In this document: one piece after another, positions 48,057 to 60,776 of the stretch
How the letters are laid out: each line of letters opens with the position of its first letter
Numbering within the stretch: the stretch's first letter is position 1
Assembly (NCBI RefSeq): GCF_963506605.1
Contig: NC_083282.1
Location: 37,138,001-37,202,000 of the forward strand
Reading direction: 5' to 3'
DNA: 64,000 nt
Source of the DNA: Zootoca vivipara
Lineage: Eukaryota
The notes under the pieces: generated by a model
Databases searched by the model: none
Seen by the model: the letters and a program-made list of their open reading frames with translations, nothing else
What the model was told of the DNA's origin: nothing
Program-made: the position numbers and the translations under genes

Positions 48057-48146
48057 CATAGCTGCCAAGTTCTCCCTTTTTTTAAGGGATTTTCCCTTAT
48101 GCTGAATAGGCTTCCTCGCGAGAAAAGGGAAAACTTGGCAGCTATG
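48057..48146. mobile_element. 90-bp hAT MITE (same family as 27346, opposite orientation)
   Basis: TIRs CATAGCTGCCAAGTT; 8-bp TSD ccaccaat. Confidence 0.9.
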
Positions 48147-48611
48147 CCACCAATACAAGACCATTCCAATCAGTTCTACTCTGGCTCATCTAGCATTTTC
48201 CTATCTTCAGACAAGCCAATGAACAAGTTGGCTGACAAACTAGAAAGAAGCACTTGCCATAGAAAAGGGGGGAGGGGGAGAGAGAAAATCCAAAGTATGT
48301 TCATGGAGAGAATGGTTTGCCCATGCTACCTGAGCTGCAGAATTAAAATGGAAAATATAATTAAGCGTTTAGACACAATAGGCATTGCATTTATGGGCAA
48401 TTGCTAACCCAGCATACCTTCAGTTGTGTAATAAGGCCAGGTGGGTTTTATAGCCCACAGAGTACAGTAATCACTTTCAAATGAGCTGCCTGGAGAGTAT
48501 TATTGCATGATGTGAAAAAGAAATGATGGATCAAAATAATAAAACAGTCAGATGTGAACACTAACTAGGGTCATATTATGGCCATGGATGAATATGAACA
48601 ATGCAAGTTAA

Positions 48612-48727
48612 GTGTGCATGCACACGAAAGCTCATACCAAAATAAAAACTTAGTTGGTCTTTAAGGTGCTACTGAAGGATTTTTTTTATTTTGTTTCGAC
48701 TCAGACCAACACAGCTACCTACCTGTA
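48612..48727 (+). mobile_element. Solo 3'-terminal fragment of the same PLE family, with half of the hammerhead
   Basis: Near-identical to the reverse complement of 42354-42433; 9-bp TSD gcaagttaa. Confidence 0.88.
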
Positions 48728-49669
48728 GCAAGTTAATCAGACGGCATTGATAGAGGATAAACGAGGAGGCCATGGGATTAGGACACGTGTATAAGCTTTA
48801 TTTCTAATTCAGACTCAGATTCCTCAAACTGATTTGACCGCTTTATACTCAGCATTCAGTCAGTGGTGATGGCCAACTGGTCCCAACAACACTCAAAGGT
48901 ATTTTGTAGAAAAAGTTAAAATCCCCAAATAGGGATATTGAAGCAAGTATGCACAACTAGCTACCACAACCTGGGTTGCTTATTCCCTAACCCTCTGACT
49001 CTAGATATTCTGCTCCTGTCCTCCAAGAGGAGGGGAGCTTCCCATTGGGTCAAAGAGACAGTATAATACCATATGCCTGACTTCTTTCAGGCTGTGTAAG
49101 GCACATCTAGGATGTAGGGGGCATGATCCACAGTGGCAGGGGGATGGGGGTGACACTGCAGTTGCCACTGTGCTGTCAGTGGGCTGGATACAATGGGTTG
49201 TATCCAGTGCTCAGAGTAGACCCATTGGAGTTAATAAGCATAACTAATTTAGCATCATTAATTCCAATAGACCTTGTCTGAGTAGAACTTAGCTGGATAG
49301 CTGTAATTCCTGCTAGATGATTCTTCCAGCTCTACAATACTATGATTCTAACCTTTAGTGTATTGTCTGAACCAGAGCCTCATGGCAAAGCAATGACCAC
49401 AAGCTGTAGCCAAGGTGTCTTCTTTGAATTTAAGCCACCTTCTTCTCATCTCTGCAACCCCTCCTTAGCTACTGTTGAAAAATCAGAGCGTGCTTTGCTA
49501 AACTAGTTTTACATTTTACCATGAGTGATAAAATGTACAAATCGTTTCCAGCATAGGTCACTTTTAGTTCTAAACATTTTAGCTAGTTTACTTGGCATCA
49601 AGTACCACCTGTGGATCATTTTAAAATGGGTCTCCTTTAACGCATAACTAGCAGTAACATAACTAGCAG

Positions 49670-49971
49670 CGCAGGTGGCGCTGCGGGTTAAACCACAGAG
49701 CCTAGGGCTTGCCGATCAGAAGGTTGGCGGTTGCTCGGTCCCAGCTCCTGCCAACCTAGCAGTTCTAAAGCACGTCAAAGTGCAAGTAGATAAACAGGTA
49801 CCGCTCCGGCGGTATTTCCATATGCTGCTCTGGTTCGCCAGAAGCGGCTTTGTCATGCTGGCCACATGACCTGGAGGCTGTACGCCGGCCAATAACGCAA
49901 GATGAGTGCTGCAACCCTAGAGTCAGTCATGACTGGACCTAATGGTCAGGGGTCCCTTTACCTTTACCTTT
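49670..49971 (+). mobile_element. Sauria SINE with internal deletions
   Basis: gcaggtggcgctgcgggttaaacc head; ACCTTT tail. Confidence 0.88.
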
Positions 49972-50029
49972 TAGCAGGAAATTTTAATTCCCCCCCCCAC
50001 ATATGCTCCCACTGGTTCAGATCAATATT

Positions 50030-51105
50030 ATGACCCACATCTTGTGCCCATCTGATCATAGATGATTTCATGAGTTCTTCTTTAGTTTCCCAATCCTATA
50101 CATTTTAGATAAATTTTTAACTCTAGATCTTAATATTTCTTTTTTTAATTCTGGTTTTTCTGCAAATCCCAGTTTCTTATCTACCTTAAATTTTGAATTG
50201 ATTTGATGATACTTTAGCTATGTTCTTTAACCTCTTCATTTTTTTCCATTTCTGGTTCTCCTTCTGAAACGTCTAACAAATCTTGTTAGGTACCCCTGTT
50301 ACCACTCATATTACTATTTTTCCTTGTCTCAGCTTCTATTGGTGATAACCACCATGGTGTTTTTTTTTCTAATTTTTTTTTGTATTTTCCCACACCCTAA
50401 TTAAGTTTTTCTAATAACATGGTTGGCGAAGCTTTTCCGTATTCCCACTTTGCCATACCAAACACAGACATGTCAGCTGTGTTTGGCATCATGACCCTTC
50501 AAATCAAGCAACTCTGTGTTTTCTAGCAATATCCAGTATTTTATCCAACACAGGCAGGCAGCTTCAAAATACAGTACAATTCCAAATCTGGGAGTGCAAA
50601 ACCTCCTCTGTCTTTTATATCAATGAGAATCCTATCTTAGGTTTCTTTCCCCTCCAAATAAACATAGACAGGTCTTTTATCCAATCTTTTAGGCATTGTG
50701 TATCATTAAGGATTGGGATTGTTTGGAATAAAAATAGCATGTTTGGGAGACTATTCATTTTTATTGCTGAGATTCTCCCCAATAATGATAATTGCATTCT
50801 GCCCCATATATCTAAATCTCTTTACCCCCCCCCCCACATTTTTTCACATAGATGTTTTGATTGTTTGTTGATACCCACACTCCTAAATCACCTTTTCCCT
50901 CTATTTTCCAGCCAGTAATGTCCCCTAATTTCATTTTAACTTGGTTATCTATGTTTTTAACTAATATTTTGGTTTTATCTTTATTTATTTTAAAACCCAC
51001 CAATTTTACAAATTCATTTATCTCCTTTAATAATTCTAGTATACTTTCTAAAGGTTAAGACAATATCATCTGCAAAAAACTTTTGTTTTACAATGTTGTT
51101 TGACC
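50030..51105 (-). mobile_element. Degraded L1-clade LINE ORF2 fragment
   Basis: Minus-strand FADDIVL, GFKINKDKTKIL and LSLLGRISAIKMNSLPNMLFLFQTIP...FIWRGKKPKI, with frameshifts. Confidence 0.8.
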
Positions 51106-52527
51106 ACTTCGAGGGTATGCTATAGCATAGAAGCTATTGATATGGTCAAGCACTATGTTTCAAGTACCAGCCAAAATTATCATGTACCGTAGTATTGACA
51201 AGAGGCAATGCTCTGTGCTATGAAAGTGAAAGTAAATCCATGCTTTCAGTGATGTAATTGAAGGTTCAAAATCAGCACCGCAGACACATACCTACCCTTC
51301 CCCACTGAATCTGAACAAGACATGCCCCGTGTTTCATTTTGCCTACTGCATAGCCTCATAGTTTCCTCCTGTAAGCCCCAACCGCCTTAATCTGTTCCAT
51401 AATTTATAAGGCAGCTGACCTTAGCATCAGCCAAGCTATTGAGCAAACACTGGAGAGTATTAAACTCCGTTTAGCCAGTGTTCTTGCAGAAGCCCTTGGA
51501 GTACATGAATACTGTTCAACACTCAAGTGGCTATCTGGGGACTACTGCACTTGTCTTGCTAAAAACCATCCCATTGTCTTGAAAGGCTGACAGATTCCTT
51601 CCTTACAGTTCCAAGAAAAGAGAAGGAGGGAGGGAGGGAGGGAAAGAGATTGACCAATTGCCTCCTTTTTCACAACTACGGTTAAAGAGATAATGCAGAT
51701 GTACCTAGTCCCTGTTTAAGTACTCTGTTACTAAGGAAACAAACTTGTCAAGCATGAGCCATGTGGGAATAATGGTGATTTATTTAGAAAAGGGAAGGTT
51801 TGTCATTTTGAGCTCACTACTACAAAATTGCTTTTTGATTACCTTCAAGCTTATTGCATTGTCTTGTCACAATAAACTATGGAAACAAGTGGAAAGGTTA
51901 ATAATTGTGGGATCTGTCCTTGTCAATTTCTTATGAGGAAGGTCACCCAGCAGGCTCATGCCCCTGGAAGAACATGCTGGGAAAATACAAAAGGTCCAAA
52001 ATAGGAAGCTAGAACATCATCATTATTGTTGCTATTGTCTGTGAAATGACATGACCCATCAACGTGGGGTGGGGTGGGAGCTTACACCTGGATTTTCCAG
52101 ATTCCTTCCATATGTCTTCTCCCCACCCCCTCCACACACAGTGGCATGAAATGGAATATTATTTAATGGAATTCTGGGCCAAAATGACAGGGCACTGTCC
52201 ATCTCTCTCAATAAAGAATTTCTGTTTGTAAAAATATACACATTTGAACATAATGCTAAACCATGGCTTAGCATTACATGGTTTACCTGCAGCAAGCCTT
52301 GGGCTTCCATGCTCCTTCCTTCACAAGGCATTGGAAGCACCTGCTTCTGCCTTACATTAGCCTCAGTTCAGTGTTATATCTAAACCCTAAACTGTAGTTA
52401 GTCTTGCCTATGTTTTCTTGAAGCAAGTTAGCTTCATAACCCATGGTTTGCAGTTAGTTGGTTTCAAAAAACTATAGTTAAGTTTATCAAGGTGCAAACT
52501 TTACAACAAACTGTGATTAATCTAAAA

Positions 52528-52663
52528 TAGGCATCCCCAAACTTCGGCCCTCCAGATGTTTTGGGCTACATTTCCCATCTTCCCCAACCACTGATCCTGT
52601 TAGCTAGGGATCATGGGAGTTGTAGGCCAAAACATCTGGAGGGCCGCAGTTTGGGGATGCCTG
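52528..52663. mobile_element. 136-bp palindromic hAT MITE
   Basis: TIRs TAGGCATCCCCAAACT / AGTTTGGGGATGCCTG; 8-bp TSD atctaaaa. Confidence 0.9.
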
Positions 52664-52888
52664 ATCTAAAACATAAGCGAACATGTAGCGTCAGAGGGGG
52701 GGGGGAATAGTGAAGCCTGTGACTTACGGTAGCTCATCCTTGTAATGTTAAATTATGGTTTATGGCTTTAAATGTTAACAACATCAGCACCTTAGATTGG
52801 GCCTGGAAACAGATAGGTAGGTAATGTAACAGTTGTGGCTTCTCCCAAAGAACTTCACGAACTATAATTAGTTATGGGTGCTGTGAGT

Positions 52889-53043
52889 TGTTAGGATACC
52901 GCGGACTGTTCCTGACTTTGGCTTTTCCTGATCCCCAGTACTGATACCCGACCTCGGATGGTTCCTGACCCGGACTGTTGGACCTAGGCTGCATCCTCAC
53001 CCGACTGTTGCCTTTAGCATGCCAACCTGTTGGCACCCTAACA
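52889..53043. mobile_element. Possible short solo LTR
   Basis: TGTTAGG...CCTAACA inverted ends; internal ggactgtt/cctgac repeats; no clear TSD. Confidence 0.4.
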
Positions 53044-55498
53044 ATTTAGTTGTATCTGTAAATCATTTTTATTTTAATCATTTTTGTGAGGCATTCCCCA
53101 AAATTATGGGATTTGTTTTATGTGACATACATAGGAGTGTGTGAGAAACATTTTCCCTACTGTGCACCTTGAGTGTGTGCTCTGCTCTGTTCATTTGGTC
53201 TGTCTGCATCTAAGGCATGTTTTCTGGTTATTCTTCAAAATGGTCATGTGGAGTCAGATTATATTTTTAAAAGGTTCCCTGCATGCTTAGCTCCACTGAA
53301 AACCTTTGCATGGCTAATACATTGGAATCTGCTAACTTTGGAAGAAAAAATGACTCCTGTCTGCCAGGCAATGGTAGTTACGGTAATTAAAATTCTGCTT
53401 CTCAGAAGCAAAATGCATTTTTAAAAAATATTTGTTCTTGTACATTTTCCTTGAGAATTCTTGCACGTTGCCTTAGAAAAAATAATCACTTCACTTTTGC
53501 TTTTAGCTTGGTTGCTTGCAAAATGGCTACCTCATACTTGGTAATGGTTAATTGGTCTTTGCCCTGCGGAAAGCAAATACTATTGGGTATTGCTTCACTG
53601 TCTCATAGCAAAGGTTATAAAAAGGGCTCCCTTCAGACTACAAACTGATAAGTCGAAAATAATTTGGTAGACAACCTCTTTTCATATTTGCAGGATTTAC
53701 ATTAGTGCCAATGTGTTAATATTGTTCTCAGTTAATATATCTGCCCAGCTGTTTTATGTAACAAGACCAGTCTCTTAACCTAGATATTTGTCCATATTAA
53801 AGCATATTCTGTCATCGACTGTCAAACATCCTGTGAATATATTTTTAAAAGGCTTAAATGAATCTCGGGAGAAAAGGAAGCCCTAAAGCTACACTTGATA
53901 ATCCAGAGGATTCTTCCATCTGCTGCCTAGTCTTGAAGGACACTATCACGCTAATGGCTTCTCCCTTCCCACCCAATATCATATTTATGGCAACTGTGAT
54001 GTGTTAACTATTTTTAAACCTAGAAGTTCTGCTTTTACCTTAATCAGTCATTTAAAAAATTGCATTCAGTTGGCTGTCTTGACTTTGTGTCTGTGTGCTT
54101 ATCTCAGAGTTCCCTGTTTGTATTTCATTTCGGAAGCAAGAAATCAGCCAACTATATGTGGCTAGAAGGGCTCATCCTGAGTACAATATGTCTGAAATCT
54201 GCAGAGCCAGAAGAATCTTTGGTAAGACAAGCATCTTACATTTATGTCTCAACCTTTTTTTCTGATGGTCTAAATATCTTTAGCCATTTCTTCCTCAAAT
54301 TTAATCATGATCACTCAGTTTCTCTGCAAACATATGAAACTGTTTTACATAGATCACTGGTTACTCTCATTGTAATTCAGGGGTCACGGCGATAGCTTCT
54401 GTGGGTGCCAGTGTGCCCAGTAGCAGGGGCAGATTTTGGTCTTTCAAATTCCAGCAGCGTCCTATGTAAGCCCCCAAATTGGCACCCCCCACCCTCCACT
54501 CTGCTCGATTCACGATGGCATAGTTGTGGTGCCATGCAGCCCCCTAAGCATGGCACCGAGTGCAGCAGAAACAGTTGTGCTGCCCTAAATCCTCCTCTGC
54601 CAGTAGTACCTCCTGCAGTGTAAGACTGGGGCCTAATTTGAATAGTAAAATGTGTAGCATCTGGTGGGCGGGGCTTTTGTGTTGTGCTCTGGAATCAGCC
54701 CCTCCCTTAGGTGTTCAGTTAGAATAGCCAACTGTCATTCTTGCCTCATGATGTTGTTTTAGTTTCTCTCAGACAGTATGATACCATGTTACAATTTTCT
54801 TTATTATTAAAGCTTTGTTTGACATGCGCAGGAGCTGAAGAATGGTGGAATATCCTAAACTGGGTGAGGAAGGGGATATTCCCAGTCTGACAGGAGGATT
54901 GATTTTTTTTCTTTAAAAAGGAAATCACCCCACCCTCCACAACATGCATTGACCATGACAGGTCTCAGAAAATATTGCCTCAAAAATCCACAATGCATGA
55001 GAGAGACTCTTTATCTTTTCCCGCTCAATTCCTGTTTGCACTGGCTCAGCCACCCTTACCCTAAACACACCCCTTAAACATTTTCTCGTATTGTTGGATG
55101 CAAGCATTGGACCCCCACCCTCTCAGCTGTGGATGAGTGTGGTGGTGTAGTTACCTCTCCCCACCCTTGATGGGGTAGCTGATGGGGGGGGGAGGCATGT
55201 CTGGACTATTTTGGAACCTTCTCTCTCTTTTGGGCTCTTTTGGTTGTGGCGGCCATTTTGTGTTGCGGCAGGCCCCACAACAGCCATTTTGTATTATGGC
55301 ATGTGGCCCACCCACATGGCCGCCGTTCTGTGAGTGGCAGCCATGCAGTTGTTTAACATCCCAGATGTACCCACTGTCACACAAAAAGTTGGCAACTCTT
55401 GGAGTGGCTCAAAATTGCTGACTTCTGTGACCATCTAGGAACTTAACGCACACGTCTGTAGCATATGAGGTAAAACCATTCAGAGAAGCAGCTCTGAA

Positions 55499-55713
55499 TA
55501 GGGTTGCCAGACTTGATAGAGGACAGGACTTCTGTGCCTTTAATCGCCCTGCTCTCTTTTGAGTCTGGAAACCTTAAAAAGAAACCAGCAGACCCTTTGT
55601 TTAATTTCCAAGCAAAGGGTCTGCTGGTTTCTCTTTAAGGTTTCCAGACTCAAAAGAGAGCAGGGCAATTAAAGGCACAGAAGTCCTGTCCTCTATTGAG
55701 TCTGGCAACCCTA
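55499..55713. mobile_element. 215-bp fold-back hAT MITE (Blackjack/Tip100-like TIR)
   Basis: TIR TAGGGTTGCCAGAC, ~100-bp near-perfect arms, 8-bp TSD gctctgaa. Confidence 0.9.
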
Positions 55714-56852
55714 GCTCTGAATTAGGCTCTGCTAATGAATGCACAGTATGTTTAGGAAGTGGCTGAAGTCCCTCTTTGCTGCTGTCAATCAGCGTTAAGT
55801 GCCCTTTCATGCTCTCGTGTTGAGTTCTGCAAGGTGGGGCAAGAAAAAAAATATTTCCTCACTTGTATCTGTCTTTAATCTCTTCCCTGCAGGGACTGCT
55901 TGCTTGATGTTTAAGCAGAAAATGAATAATACAAAGATAAGAAGATGCAGCATAAATTACTAATGGCAAATTAACAGCACATCCCCAGGACAACAGTAGT
56001 GGCAAGAACATGGACGACACCTGTTATGCTCCACGTTTAAGAGCACTTCGATGGAATTATTTATCAGCATAAGTAATTTCCATTAACTTTAACTGAATAA
56101 AAATGCAGAGAACACATTAATCACAGTATATTAAGTATTTCATTCAAATTAGCCCTAATTGCCAATCTTATTTGATGCACTAAATTTAGGTTGCTTAATA
56201 CTTATTGTAATGAATATTTTAACCCAATTGTATTGCAGCATCCATGGCGGTATACTGTCATTACTGGAGCCACATATTTTGAACTAATGGGTTTATGCAG
56301 TAATAAAAGCAATGGCAGACAGTATGGCTTTGTTTGTGATGGGGTGGTAAGCACTTAAGAGTTCCAGGGGACTCTAGGTCATGTTGAGCTGCTGTTTTTT
56401 TAAATAGTATATAGTATAGCATTAAGTAGCATCTTGTGTGTGGTTATAACGGGCAGCTGATTATTTCAAATTAAAAGCACTGACCATGCTGTGCACATGT
56501 ATTTGACTATGTCTGCTCCTTATATTGTTCATTTCCTACACTACCCTAAATGAAATTATGCCAAGACATCTAGGACAAAGCAACTGCAGCACTGCAGTTG
56601 TCGTATCCTGGATGTCTTGGCATTTATTGATGCATAGAAAATTAAAAATATAAGCAGCAGCCATAGTACTGCCAAGGTGCAGTAGACTTGCCAAATGAAT
56701 AGTACTAGTATTGCCAAGCACGGTGGCATTAGGAACTGATTTCTTGTTTCCTGTACCTCTGCTCAGAGGAAAGAACTGCAGCAGACAATTCAGGAGAGGA
56801 TATAGCCAGTTCCCAGTATCTTCTGAACCTGGCAGTCAGGTGATACCAGGCA

Positions 56853-58705
56853 CAGGGGCGTAGAAAAGGGGGGGGGCAGGGGAGGTCCGCCTTAGGTGCC
56901 ATCATGGAGGGGGGTGACAAATTATCAAGGAACAATTACTGCCCTACTAGGGCGGCTCATAAAAAACTTTTTTTTTTTTAAAAAAAAAAGCCTGCTCCAA
57001 AGGTGTCATCTTACTACACTAGGGATTATATAGTTATATATGAAATTTCATGTGTATCAGTTAATATCTTGACCCTCCTCCACGAAAATAGCTGTTTACT
57101 TGGCCATTTTCCTATGTCGTTAAGGCTGAAATTTCAATTCAATGGAGCAGGGTCAATATATTAACAGATATGCATGAAATTTCAGATCTATTAATGAATT
57201 CACACTTTGGACAACCAGTCTGATGCTTTTGCAGAAAAATATTCCTAGACACAAGACTTTTTATTTTTTATTTTTTAAGCCCTTTCAGTCTCCCATCTCG
57301 AGGCTAAGTACAGCAAACTGTACATTCCCACCCCTTTCCCCAAGGCTGGATTATTTACTTTTGTGTGCTTGTGTATATGTGTCTCCCTTGTATCTATTAG
57401 GGACTATTCTCTCGCCTTCCTTTGTTATATATGCTACTGATTACTTCTGCCGTTTTAATTTTAGAGAAAGTGTTTAATTTAAAAAGGATCTGTACTATAG
57501 AGTAACAGTGGTAACAATAACTTGAAGACAAGTAAATATTTTGGGGAGGGTGAACCCAGAGCCCTAGTGCCACCATCCCAAAGAGGATAAAATGGGCAGA
57601 CTTTGGTACTCTTTTGTCCTCCCCTCCCCCAATGTCTTTCTCTATATCTGAGCTGGCTCCCTGCCTGTTACGTTACATGCGGGGAAACCCGTGTGGGGTT
57701 CCTCTATGTGTAAATTCTTCAAGCTGTTCCTGCGTGTGCCTGACAAATCTGCCCCATTGTCAGAATTGATCTCTCCCCCCCCCCAGTCTCTGTTGTTGTG
57801 TGTCCTGGCTGAGGGGAAAAACAGAAGACGGATGGCAATCGGTCAGGGATGGTCTAGTTGAGATTCCTGCATTGCCCCAGGGGTTTGGCTAGATGACCCT
57901 CAGGGGTCCCTTCCAACTCTACAATTCTCTGGTGCAGGCTTGTGCAGAGTTTTAGGTACAAGTTGGAGGCAAGGGGTGCATAGGATTGCAGTCTATGTTA
58001 TGCACCGTCGGCTCGGGAATAAGCCCCACTGATCATGATGAGACTAGATTGCTGCTGGGCAGTCCTGTATTTTTAATAAATGTTTACCTTTTCAGATAAT
58101 ACAGAGCATGGTGAAATCACAATAAATAAAACCTCCCATTCAGTAGTTTCAAGCTTAGGTTCCACTTAATATCTGTACTGCATTGTTTACTGTGACAGCA
58201 CCTGCACTTTGGAACTCCCCGCCTATTGCAACAAAGCACGTGCCTTTGCTAGACTCTTTTTGGGCATCTGCTAAAAGCATTCTTCTTTAGGCAAGCATAC
58301 CTAGATGCTTAGGAAGTTGAAGTAATTTTAATCTTAATATTTTAGCTTTTGTATGTTTTAAAGTAGGATTGTTAATGTTTCTTGATTTTACTGCTGTGAT
58401 GTTTACTTGTTTCTTGTTTTGGTAAACTACTTTGCAAGTTTTTAAAAATAAATTCTATTAAATAAACAATAAATATAAATAACACAAGCCAAAACACAAT
58501 CCATCCTGTAGATTTAAGTATCTGTCCATAGTCGCCTACTTGTTATCAGAGACCCAGAATTCATATTCCTTTGTAAGAAAATATGAAATAACTTAAAAAC
58601 ATTTTTGCTGGCAAAAAAATAAAATAAAAATCAGTGTGTGTGTGGGGGGGGGGGGTGACAAGAAATTTTCCGCCCCGGGTACCACCTGACCTTCCTACGC
58701 CTCTG
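56853..58705. mobile_element. 1.85-kb non-autonomous hAT element
   Basis: TIRs CAGGGGCGTAGAAAAGG / CCTTCCTACGCCTCTG; 8-bp TSD accaggca; subterminal gggggtgacaa repeats. Confidence 0.8.
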
Positions 58706-59724
58706 ACCAGGCAGCCACTCCTGTCTGCAATAAATTCAGCAGACCTACTGCTTTCCTTTCAGTCCGTCTGAGCAACATTGGTCATGGAGGACAACAGCCT
58801 GTGTCACCCACCCATCCATGGCTGCTACACTTCTTTGTTTTTGGCTCTAAGCTTTAACTGGCTTAATGGTAGCTCACTTATATATGGTGCGTGAGTCTTT
58901 GCTGGGGAGAGAATTGGAACAGAATTCCTAATAGAAAACTCTTAGTATCTTTTCCAAACTACAGTATCTGTTCCAAACTACAGTTTCCACACCTGTGATG
59001 GAGGGGCGATAGATGAAAAGTGAGGTCTTTTTTTTTCAAGCTTGCATTTATTTTTGGAAAGTGAGGTATGGGTATTTTCATATCTCAGAGTTTTCTGTGG
59101 TATGATTGCATATTTACACCTCACTTCACTTACTGTACTATTTTATTGACTCATTTTAGATCTAGAATCATTGAATTACGATACAGCTTTATATAAATTT
59201 ACATATATTTTATAAGCTTTGTTAAATTTTAATTGATAAAAAACTTTATTATACAGATGGGGTGGAGACTTACTGGGAAGCTAATATTGGCTTTCTGGCA
59301 CATTTAATTCTAAAACAAAACAGACATTCACATGCGGTTCTATTAATACTTGTCAGGAACTGAAATGTGCAAAGCAATTCTGAGTGGAAAACATTTTCTT
59401 TGTCGTTCTAGTGGAAATGCATCTTAGCAAACTTTCTGTACAATAACTGGCTACCGTGAAGAAATCTCGCTAGCTTTGGCAATTTCAGTGCCTTGTTGGT
59501 ATGCACTGGGGGAGCCATCTGAGAAAAGGACCTTCTTTGCACCCTGTTGAGGCTGGGAACATTGCAATCTGGAAATCAGACTGGAGTGCATGGGAGCAGC
59601 AATCTGCTCTTTTTGAGAATGTTGTCATGAGAACACTGCTCCTCCTCCTCCAAGTCTGAGTGCCTTAACGGAGTATTTCAGTTGGCTTCCTCTCATTAAA
59701 CGGTCCTAAACTGTAGCTGTTACA

Positions 59725-60380
59725 TATGTAAGGTTCTATACTTAGGCAGGAAGAACCAGCTGCCCAAATATAAGTTGGGGGACACACCTGGCTTGCCAGA
59801 AAATGACCTAAGAGTCTTCATAGACCACAAGCTTACCATTGTGATGCAGCAGGAAAAAAACTCCTAATGCTAGGCTGCATCAACAGAAGTATAGTGTCCT
59901 GATCAAGGGAAGTACAGTAATAGTCTCACTCTGGTCAGACCACACCTGGAGTACTGTCTCTAGTTCTGGGCACTATTTAAGAATGATATTGGCAAGCTGG
60001 AATGTGTGCTGAGAAAGGCAACCAACATAATTTGGAAAACAAGTCTGAAGAGGAACGGTTGAGCATGTTGGCTAAGTTTAGCCAGGAAAAGAGGAGACTG
60101 AGAGGAGAAATGATAGCCACCTCCGAATATCTAAAGAGCTGCAACATGGCAGATGGAGCAAGCTTGTTTTCTCCTGCTCCGTGTGCTGCTCTGGTTCGCC
60201 AGAAGCGGCTTAGTCAAGCTGGCCACATGACCCGGAAGCTGTTGGCCAGTAAAGTGAGGTGAGCATCGCAAACCCAGAGTCGTCCACGACTGGACTTAAT
60301 GGTCAGGGGTCCCTTTACTTTTACCTTTACAGGGTAGGACTCAAACTAAGGGAATTATGTTACAAGAAAGGATATTCATA
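59725..60380 (+). mobile_element. CR1 LINE ORF2 3' fragment interrupted by a truncated Sauria SINE (~60181-60330)
   Basis: gtaaggttctatacttagg, ggctgcatcaacagaagtatag, ctggtcagaccacacctggagtactgt, EKRRLRGEMI motif. Confidence 0.8.
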
Positions 60381-60410
60381 ATTGTTGTGGTTGTCGTTGT
60401 TGCTTTATAC

Positions 60411-60546
60411 CAGGCACCCCCAAACTGCGGTCCTCCAGATGTTTTGGCCTACAACTCCCATGATCCCTAGCTAACAGGACCAGTGGATAGGGATGGTAGG
60501 GATTGTAGTTCAAAACATCTGGAGGGCCGAAGTTTGGGGATGCCTG
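60411..60546. mobile_element. 136-bp palindromic hAT MITE (same family as 52528)
   Basis: TIRs CAGGCACCCCCAAACT / AGTTTGGGGATGCCTG; 8-bp TSD ctttatac. Confidence 0.9.
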
Positions 60547-60636
60547 CTTTATACCCTGCCTATCTCGAAGGGTTTCCCCAGCTGCTCTGGGCAGCTTCCA
60601 ACAGAATATAAAAACATAATAAAACTAAACATCAGG

Positions 60637-60776
60637 AACCTGAAACTGTTCTTAACCTGAGATACCATGCCACACGATTTCTGTTCTCATCCTGAAGCAA
60701 AGTTCTTAACCCGATGTATTATTTCTGGGTTAGCGGAGTCTGTAACCTGAAGCGTCTGTAACCCGAGGTACCACTG
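60637..60776. mobile_element. Truncated Tc1/mariner MITE (family of 47629)
   Basis: Right TIR ...GAGGTACCACTG+TA present; left TIR missing. Confidence 0.75.
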
